Shown: positions 34,358-40,823 of the stretch, in pieces | Layout: the number at the start of each line of letters is the position of its first letter | Position numbering within the stretch: the first letter of the stretch is position 1 | DNA from: Ardenticatenia bacterium | GTDB lineage: Bacteria > Chloroflexota > Anaerolineae > Aggregatilineales > JALXEW01 | Direction: 5' to 3' | NCBI GenBank assembly: GCA_027069285.1 | Contig: JALXEW010000258.1 | Coordinates: forward strand, 1 to 40,823 | DNA length: 40,823 nucleotides | Translations under genes and position numbers: made by a program | The notes under the pieces: model-generated | What the model was told of the DNA's origin: nothing | Seen by the model: only the letters and a program-made list of their open reading frames with translations | Database searches by the model: none

Positions 34358-35844
34358 CCGCCGAGCGCAATCATCACCACCCTGGGCGTGATCCACGCCT
34401 CGATCATGGCACTGACCATCAACATCGGCAGCACCAGCCCGATCCACACCTGCAAAGTCTCGGCCAGAGCCACCAGCCAGGCCTCCCCCACAGTCTGGCC
34501 CCTCGGCGGCCTGATGAGCACCGCCCCCAAACGTAAGGCCGCCGCCGAGGCAATCACCGCCGCCGGTATCTCGATCACGCTATGTGGCAGCACCGCCGCC
34601 AGGAATATCACCGGAGAGACACCCGTATTCACAAACTGCGCCAGGATAAAGCCCAAGATCATCAACGGCGCCATCACGATCACCGCCGCGCCGACCCCGA
34701 ACGTGAACACGGCCAGCACCAGGCCGACCAGGAGCACCCGCAGATTTTGCCATATAATCAGCGGGATCAGCGAACTGCCGCCCCCGGCCAGCTCGTACAC
34801 CATGACGAAATTATCCAGCCAGGTATCGGTATCCATCTCGTCCAGCGGGATGTGGAACGCCGGGTCCTGGGCATATGACCATCCCACACCGAACCCCGCG
34901 ATCAAACAGAGGACGATGGCGATCGCCGGCTTCCACAACTTCCCTGCGGCGCCGAGCACCTCACGACGCCACCACCCCCAGAGGTCAAAACGCCCCTCAC
35001 CCCGGAAGTGGCCCCAGAATATCTCCCACGCCCAGGCCACATTGATCACATCCAACTCGCGGCCAAGCAACTCCTCGCGGTTGAAAATGTGGGCGCCCAT
35101 GCGCACAAGCAGCACCGCCGCAACCAGCAGCCCCACGAAAATACTCCACAGCGCGTCATAAGCGGCGAAGAACATGATCACACTTTCCAGCTGCACCAAC
35201 AGAGCCGCCGGCACGACTATAAAGCTCGCCAAAAGGTTGGCCGCCCTGACCGATGTGGTCTGACTGGAGATCACCACCGCCGCCGAGACCATCACAAGCG
35301 CCTGAGCAGTCGTCAGCAACACGATCTGAACCAGCAGCTCGGTTCCGGGCCACCAGCGCAACTCCCCAAACCGCAAACCCACCAGATAGACCGCCATGCC
35401 GGAATAACTGGCCACCAACGGCGGGATCATCGCCGCCAGCGTCTTGCCGATGTAAAGCTCGGTATTAGTCAGCGGCGTCGCCAGCAACGGCTCCAAACTA
35501 CGGCGTTCCTTCTCCCCCACAAAAGTCTCCAACGCTATCACCATCGAGATCGAGATCGGGAAGAAGCCAACCACCATCAGCAAAAACGGTATCGTCCGCT
35601 CGCCGATCAGCCTGGCCCCATGCCCCTGCACAAACGCCATGAACTTATCCGCCGCGAGCTGAGCCAGAGCAGGGAATATCAGCGTCATAATGATGATCGG
35701 GCTTAATATACGCCAATCCCGCAGGCTATCGCTCACCTCGCGCCTGGTCACTATCAGCGCATTACCCAAACTGGCGCGGGCCGATTGGAGCGAACTCCTA
35801 AGCGACTTCACGTTCAAATTCACCGGCAACCTCACCTTTCTCAT
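34354..35844 (-). CDS. Fusion permease: ABC-2 type transporter domain plus SpoIIM (DUF95)-like domain
   Basis: The N-terminal ~270 aa is an ABC-2-like 6-TM permease. The C-terminal ~200 aa carries the SpoIIM-type motif AAVLPHSVIEIPAAVIASAAALRLG ... MIEAWITP. The start is ATG 35844 or GTG 35811, and either overlaps the ATPase gene end. Confidence 0.8.
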   Translation of the reverse strand: MRKVRLPVNLNVKSLRSSLQSARASLGNALIVTRREVSDSLRDWRILSPIIIMTLIFPALAQLAADKFMAFVQGHGARLIGERTIPFLLMVVGFFPISISMVIALETFVGEKERRSLEPLLATPLTNTELYIGKTLAAMIPPLVASYSGMAVYLVGLRFGELRWWPGTELLVQIVLLTTAQALVMVSAAVVISSQTTSVRAANLLASFIVVPAALLVQLESVIMFFAAYDALWSIFVGLLVAAVLLVRMGAHIFNREELLGRELDVINVAWAWEIFWGHFRGEGRFDLWGWWRREVLGAAGKLWKPAIAIVLCLIAGFGVGWSYAQDPAFHIPLDEMDTDTWLDNFVMVYELAGGGSSLIPLIIWQNLRVLLVGLVLAVFTFGVGAAVIVMAPLMILGFILAQFVNTGVSPVIFLAAVLPHSVIEIPAAVIASAAALRLGAVLIRPPRGQTVGEAWLVALAETLQVWIGLVLPMLMVSAMIEAWITPRVVMIALGG

Positions 35845-36754
35845 CCCCCTCAACCACACGCAGGTACACATCCTCCAGGCTTTGCGGCACCTCGCTAAGC
35901 GTGACCACATCCACACCCAACCCGATCAGGCGCCTGATCACCAGCGGATTAACCCGTTCCGGTTCCACGGTCACATACCTTATCCTATCGGTATCCTCGC
36001 TCACCACCTCGACCAGATCGGAAAGCTCCTGGGCGACCCCATTCACCTGTCCCCGCACCCGCAACTCCATCAGCGGCGGGCCTAGCAACCTCTCCGAAAG
36101 CTCACGGAAAGTGCCATGCGCGATTATCCTGCCGTGGCTGATTATCGCGATCTCATCGGACAACTCCTGTGCCTCCACCAAATTATGCGTCGTAATGATG
36201 ATCGTGCGCTCGTCACGGCGCAGCTCCTGTATGGCATCGCGCACCTGCCTGGCACTGCCCGGGTCCATCGCCGAAGTAGGCTCATCCAACAGCAACACCG
36301 GCGGATCGTGCAGCAATGCCCTCACCAAAGCCAGCTTCTGGCGCATACCTTTGGAATACTCGCCCAGGCGCCGGTTTACCGAATCGCCTAACCCGAACCG
36401 GTGCATCAACTCGACCGCCCGGCGGCGCCTCAGCTCGTCGGGGATGTGATATATACGCCCAAAGAAATCCAGATAGTCCAACGCCCGCATCCGCAGGTAA
36501 AGGCCATGATGTTCGGTCAGAACCCCCACATGTGCCCTCACCTCCACCGGCTGAGTCGTCACATCATACCCGGCCACGGTAGCCCGTCCGGCGGTCGGCC
36601 TCAAAATAGAAGTGAGCATTCGGACGGTAGTCGTCTTACCGGCACCGTTTGGCCCCAAAAGTGCCAGCACGGTACCCGGCTCCACCTTAATAGTCAGCCC
36701 GTCCACCGCCCTGAAATCCCCAAAATCCTTAGTTAGCCCCTCGGTCTCTATCAC
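35798..36754 (-). CDS. ABC transporter ATP-binding protein (ABC-2 partner type)
   Basis: Walker A GPNGAGKTT, signature YSKGMRQK, Walker B LLLDEPTSAMD. GTG 36754 is preferred, with GAGGGTGAGGAC just upstream and a plausible promoter TTGGCC-17-TACAAT at 36814-36786 on the minus strand. The track start at 36904 would put that promoter inside the gene. Confidence 0.85.
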   Translation of the reverse strand: MIETEGLTKDFGDFRAVDGLTIKVEPGTVLALLGPNGAGKTTTVRMLTSILRPTAGRATVAGYDVTTQPVEVRAHVGVLTEHHGLYLRMRALDYLDFFGRIYHIPDELRRRRAVELMHRFGLGDSVNRRLGEYSKGMRQKLALVRALLHDPPVLLLDEPTSAMDPGSARQVRDAIQELRRDERTIIITTHNLVEAQELSDEIAIISHGRIIAHGTFRELSERLLGPPLMELRVRGQVNGVAQELSDLVEVVSEDTDRIRYVTVEPERVNPLVIRRLIGLGVDVVTLSEVPQSLEDVYLRVVEGDEKGEVAGEFEREVA

Positions 36755-36953
36755 GTCCTCACCCTCATCTGGCGTCGTTTCTAATATTGTAGACCCCGAC
36801 GCATCGCCGGCCAATAGCCAAAAGGGACAATTCCCACACCCGGCACCGGGCTTTGCGACACATCCGCAACCCTGGTAAGCTAAATAGATGCGCCGATGAG
36901 ACACGGCAACCGACTATCGGCGCGGAAACCGGCCCTACCGCATCCGGCGCCCC

Positions 36954-36982
36954 TTGACAGGGCAGGGAGATGGGGATATTAT
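36954..36982 (+). promoter_or_regulatory. Sigma-70-type promoter of uvrA
   Basis: TTGACA (36954-36959), a 17-nt spacer, then TATTAT (36977-36982). Confidence 0.6.
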
Positions 36983-36984
36983 TA

Positions 36985-36996
36985 GAACATAAGTTC
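36985..36996. promoter_or_regulatory. LexA (SOS, Cheo-type) box GAACATAAGTTC
   Basis: TAGAAC-ATAA-GTTCTA starts 3 nt after the -10 and covers the expected transcription start. uvrA is a classical SOS gene. Confidence 0.7.
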
Positions 36997-37010
36997 TAAG
37001 AGTCGCCATC

Positions 37011-39920
37011 ATGGCTCAAGATAAAATCATAGTGCGCGGCGCGCGCGAACATAATCTCAAAAACATAAACGTGGAGATACCGCGCGGGAAACTGGTGGTC
37101 ATCACCGGCATCTCCGGCAGCGGCAAATCATCCCTGGCGTTCGACACCATATTCGCCGAGGGACAACGGCGCTACATCGAGAGCCTATCGGCATATGCCA
37201 GGCAATTCCTGGGCCGCGTGGAAAAACCGGATGTCGAACAGATCGAAGGCCTCTCCCCTGCGGTAAGCATCGACCAAAAAGGCGTCAGCCGCAACCCGCG
37301 CTCGACCGTTGGCACGGTCACCGAGATATACGACTACCTGCGCCTGCTTTACGCTCGAATCGGAATCCCCCACTGTCCCGTCTGCGGCGAAGTGGTACAA
37401 CGTCAGAGTGCCCAACAGATCGTGGAAAAGATCGAAGCCCTGCCGGATGGGACTCGCATCCAGATATTGGCGCCGCTCGTCCGCGACCGGAAGGGTCACC
37501 ACAGCCGCGTATTCGAAGAAGTACGCAAAGCCGGTTTCGTCCGCGTGCGGGTTGACGGCCAGGTCTACGACGTTGACGAGGGGATCGAACTCGATCGCTA
37601 CAAAAAGCACACTATAGAGGTAGTCGTAGACCGAATAATCGTGCGCAGATACGACGATCGGGAAAGCGAGGACGCCGAATCGGCCCGTTCCAGGCTGACC
37701 GATAGCGTCGAGACCGCGTTGGAAATGGGCGAGGGCGTGGTCGTGATCAACAACGTCAGCGCCAACCCACCACAGGACATGATCTTCAGCGAGCATCTGG
37801 CCTGCGTCCACGGCCACATGAGCCTGCCGGAATTCGAGCCACGCTCATTCAGCTTCAACAGCCCGCACGGCGCCTGCCCGACCTGTCAGGGACTGGGCTT
37901 CAAACTGGAGATAGACCCCGACCTGCTGATCCCGGATAAAAACCGCAGCATCGCAGATGGCGCCATCGAAATGTGGGGAGTTGACGACAAAACCAGCACC
38001 CGATGGCAAATATTTCAAGCGCTTTCCGATCGGTACGGGATACCCCTGCACGTCCCCTGGGGAAAACTTTCGGAAGAGCACCGGCGGATAATACTTTACG
38101 GCACCGGCGGAGAGCGAATCCGGGTGCGATATGTAGACCGCGACGGCAACTACCGAGAATTCACATACAAATTCGAGGGCGTGATACCAAATCTCCAGCG
38201 CCGCTACGAAGAAACCACATCCGAAGCGATGCGTGCCCGCATCGAGAGCTACATGACACATCGGCCATGTCCGGATTGCAAAGGCGCCAGGCTCAAGCCA
38301 GAGGCACTGGCGGTCACCGTCGGCGGCCTGAACATATACGAAGTCTCCAAAATGCCGGTCTCCCGCCTCAAAGAGTGGGTGGATAAACTCCGAGGCACCA
38401 ACGGCGAGAAACCACTACTCAACGAGCGCGAGCTGACCATCGCCGACCAGATACTGAAAGAAATCTCCGACCGCGTGAACTTCATGGCCGACGTAGGCCT
38501 GGACTACCTGACCCTGGATAGACTAGCCGGCACCCTCAGTGGTGGCGAGGCCCAAAGGATACGTCTGGCCACCCAGATCGGCTCCAGGCTAACCGGCGTG
38601 CTTTACGTCCTGGACGAACCGTCCATCGGGCTGCACCAGCGTGACAACGCCCGCCTGATCCGGACCCTGGAAGCGATGCGCGACCTGGGCAACACCCTAC
38701 TGGTCGTCGAACATGACGAATCCACTATCCGCGCCGCCGACTGGGTGATCGACCTGGGGCCTGGGGCAGGCGAACTGGGCGGCAGAGTCGTCGCCGAGGG
38801 AACGGTGGAGCAGATCATGGAAAACCCCGATTCGCTCACCGGTGCCTACCTCTCACGCAGGCTAAGGATACCGATGCCATCCCGTCGCCGGCCCGGAAAC
38901 GGCAAAGCCCTGGTCATACGGGGCGCACGTGAGCACAACCTCAAAAACATAGACGTGCGGATACCGCTTGGAATGCTGGTTTGCGTCACCGGCGTCTCCG
39001 GCTCCGGCAAAAGCACACTGGTGGTGGACGTGCTATACCGCAAACTCGCGCAAGTGCTGCACGGAGCACGCATACGACCGGGTGCCCACGATACCATCGA
39101 AGGGATAGAGCACATAGACAAGGTAGTCAACATAGACCAGTCGCCCATAGGGCGTACCCCCCGCTCGAATCCGGCCACCTATACCAAACTATTCGACGCC
39201 ATCCGGTCGCTCTTTGCCGAACTGCCGGAAAGCAAAATACGCGGCTACACTGCCGGGCGATTCAGCTTCAACGTGCGCGGCGGGAGATGCGAAGCCTGTC
39301 AGGGCCAGGGCCAGCTACAGATCGAAATGCAATTCCTGCCCGACGTATTCATCCCATGCGACGTCTGCAAAGGCAAAAGGTACAACCGGGAGACGTTACA
39401 GATACGATACAAAGGCAAAAACATCGCCGACGTGCTTGACATGACCGTAACCGAGGCGCTGGAATTCTTCTCCAACATCCCGCCCATAGTCAACAAACTG
39501 CGCACCCTCGAATCGGTCGGCCTGGGCTACATACGGCTGGGGCAACCGGCGCCCACACTTTCGGGTGGCGAAGCCCAAAGAGTCAAACTCAGCAGGGAAC
39601 TGAGCAAACGCGCCACCGGGCGCACCCTCTACGTACTGGATGAGCCGAGCGTTGGCCTCCACGCCGCAGACGTATCACGTCTCATAGACGTACTTCAGCG
39701 CCTGGTTGACCAGGGCAACACCGTAGTCATCATAGAGCACCACCCAGACATCATCAAAGTGGCCGATTACATCATCGACCTGGGGCCAGAAGGCGGGGAC
39801 GAAGGCGGCTACGTGATCGCCACCGGCACACCGGAAGCCGTCAGCCGCATGGAACATTCCTATACCGGCCAATTCCTGCGCGAGTATCTGGCAAGAGAGC
39901 GCGAATTCGCCAAAACCTGA
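37011..39920 (+). CDS. uvrA: Excinuclease ABC subunit A
   Basis: Unmistakable UvrA: [42 protein letters not shown], two ABC modules, zinc-finger cysteines ([25 protein letters not shown]). Confidence 0.97.
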   Translation: MAQDKIIVRGAREHNLKNINVEIPRGKLVVITGISGSGKSSLAFDTIFAEGQRRYIESLSAYARQFLGRVEKPDVEQIEGLSPAVSIDQKGVSRNPRSTVGTVTEIYDYLRLLYARIGIPHCPVCGEVVQRQSAQQIVEKIEALPDGTRIQILAPLVRDRKGHHSRVFEEVRKAGFVRVRVDGQVYDVDEGIELDRYKKHTIEVVVDRIIVRRYDDRESEDAESARSRLTDSVETALEMGEGVVVINNVSANPPQDMIFSEHLACVHGHMSLPEFEPRSFSFNSPHGACPTCQGLGFKLEIDPDLLIPDKNRSIADGAIEMWGVDDKTSTRWQIFQALSDRYGIPLHVPWGKLSEEHRRIILYGTGGERIRVRYVDRDGNYREFTYKFEGVIPNLQRRYEETTSEAMRARIESYMTHRPCPDCKGARLKPEALAVTVGGLNIYEVSKMPVSRLKEWVDKLRGTNGEKPLLNERELTIADQILKEISDRVNFMADVGLDYLTLDRLAGTLSGGEAQRIRLATQIGSRLTGVLYVLDEPSIGLHQRDNARLIRTLEAMRDLGNTLLVVEHDESTIRAADWVIDLGPGAGELGGRVVAEGTVEQIMENPDSLTGAYLSRRLRIPMPSRRRPGNGKALVIRGAREHNLKNIDVRIPLGMLVCVTGVSGSGKSTLVVDVLYRKLAQVLHGARIRPGAHDTIEGIEHIDKVVNIDQSPIGRTPRSNPATYTKLFDAIRSLFAELPESKIRGYTAGRFSFNVRGGRCEACQGQGQLQIEMQFLPDVFIPCDVCKGKRYNRETLQIRYKGKNIADVLDMTVTEALEFFSNIPPIVNKLRTLESVGLGYIRLGQPAPTLSGGEAQRVKLSRELSKRATGRTLYVLDEPSVGLHAADVSRLIDVLQRLVDQGNTVVIIEHHPDIIKVADYIIDLGPEGGDEGGYVIATGTPEAVSRMEHSYTGQFLREYLAREREFAKT

Positions 39921-39928
39921 AAACACAT

Positions 39929-40816
39929 CTACCTGACAACGACCACCCGCCCGATCTCCACCCCATCATCACCGGATTCCGTGGGCAACCTCTCCCCGGT
40001 CCGCCAGTCATATATCCCCACGCGCAAGACATACTCCCCAGGCCGGGCATCAATCGGGATCGTCAACGCCCTATAATCCACCACCCTCTCGCCCGGAAGC
40101 CACGTATGGATCGGCGCAAGCCCGTTCATGGGAGCGCCATCACTCTGTGCCACCAACTCCCCAGACCCAACATCCAACAAGTGCATGTAAACCACCAAAG
40201 AGTCCCCATCGACGGCGGATTCGGCTTCCCACTCAAGCGGCACCATCAGAGAATCCCCAGGCGATAACTCCGGGGGCGGCGGAACCGGATACACCACCGT
40301 AATGCCACCTGTGAATCGGGCAACCCGGCGTCCCGGCCCAAAATCGCTCCTGGTAACCGCCAGCGCCACATGCGCGTTACCATACCATCTGTCCAACGCG
40401 ATCCCCGCCCGCTCGCGGAACCAGTTCCCGGCCAGGTTTGAAGGATCATCCAGGCCCACAAGATAATTCAACATCCACACACGCCCGTACCGATCCAATA
40501 TCGGCCCAAGCTCCTCATCCAACCGCTCGCGGTTGAAAAATCCCAAGACCCGATCCATCTCCGTGACCTGTGGCATGTAACAATAAAGATAACCGACCAT
40601 CCACGTATAGTCATAGATGAGCAAATCCCCAGGCCGGATCAGACGCGCCAGATCATCCGCCAGTGGGCGCCAATCCTCATCCGGGTCGGACGGAGTGGAG
40701 TAATGCGCGTACAACGTAGACCCCCAGGGGATCAGGAGAGCAGCCAACAAAACAACCGAGAGCCACGCCCGCCTCCGCGCAGCGCCGACCGCCGGATACA
40801 TCACCCCCGCGCCCAC
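39929..40816 (-). CDS. Hypothetical membrane-anchored protein carrying a C-terminal module also found on the DUF2723 GT-C protein; possibly 5'-truncated by the window
   Basis: One TM (AWLSVVLLAALLIPW), then a soluble domain ending ...LTIPIDARPGEYVLRVGIYDWRTGERLP. The reading frame remains open to the right window edge, so the true start could lie outside. Confidence 0.65.
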   Translation of the reverse strand: MGAGVMYPAVGAARRRAWLSVVLLAALLIPWGSTLYAHYSTPSDPDEDWRPLADDLARLIRPGDLLIYDYTWMVGYLYCYMPQVTEMDRVLGFFNRERLDEELGPILDRYGRVWMLNYLVGLDDPSNLAGNWFRERAGIALDRWYGNAHVALAVTRSDFGPGRRVARFTGGITVVYPVPPPPELSPGDSLMVPLEWEAESAVDGDSLVVYMHLLDVGSGELVAQSDGAPMNGLAPIHTWLPGERVVDYRALTIPIDARPGEYVLRVGIYDWRTGERLPTESGDDGVEIGRVVVVR

Positions 40817-40823
40817 CCGCAGC

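Noticed and set aside
36755-36904. Cys-rich N-terminal extension (GCGCVAKPGAGCGNCPF) on the ABC ATPase, which looked like a possible metal-binding domain
   Set aside because: GTG 36754 has a strong RBS and gives a normal-length ATPase beginning right at the conserved beta-strand (VIETEGLTKDF). A plausible promoter (TTGGCC-17-TACAAT) lies inside the extension. This cannot be fully excluded without homologue alignment.
1-40823. Search for CRISPR arrays, transposases, integrases, phage or defence-system genes, toxin-antitoxin pairs, and integration at tRNA-Leu
   Set aside because: I saw no spaced direct repeats. No ORF carries recombinase, transposase, nuclease-NTPase or other defence hallmarks. 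The tRNA is flanked by ordinary genes with no attachment-site repeat that I could see.

Overview
GC-rich (by eye) chromosomal segment with very tight gene packing. I call 31 protein genes and one tRNA-Leu(CAA). I see no transposase, integrase, phage genes, CRISPR array or rRNA. The gene style suggests a Chloroflexota-like monoderm, but that is inference only: PT-rich linkers, DUF4397/SH3b/NHL surface proteins, GAAC-N4-GTTC SOS boxes and almost no intrinsic terminators. Main blocks, left to right: (1) DUF4397 repeat protein and an orphan GAF histidine kinase. (2) A LacI-controlled glycan locus with sugar ABC importer, GH26 and GH116. (3) An opine-dehydrogenase-like gene translationally coupled to a 540-aa B12-domain protein whose large C-terminal domain I cannot place. 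(4) SH3b protein, a lone Wzm-like ABC-2 permease, and rnc. (5) Two paralogous membrane proteins, then tRNA-Leu. (6) A radical-SAM/HhH 'DNA modification/repair'-type gene, then acyl-CoA synthetase. (7) SDR epimerase and an NHL propeller protein. (8) fadR, an alkyl-DHAP-synthase-like FAD oxidase, and glpD. (9) Envelope genes: sulfatase-fold protein, L,D-transpeptidase, DUF2723 GT-C protein. (10) An ABC ATPase with an ABC-2::SpoIIM fusion permease. (11) uvrA. The most interesting signals readable directly from the DNA: an identical Cheo-type LexA box in the promoters of uvrA and the solo radical-SAM gene; the opine-DH/B12-domain module behind a long leader; a full-length FadR orthologue with an E. 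coli-like palindromic operator ahead of an AgpS-like/GlpD operon; and twin identical LacI operators 73 bp apart. All family calls come from motif recognition by eye, with no database searches run.
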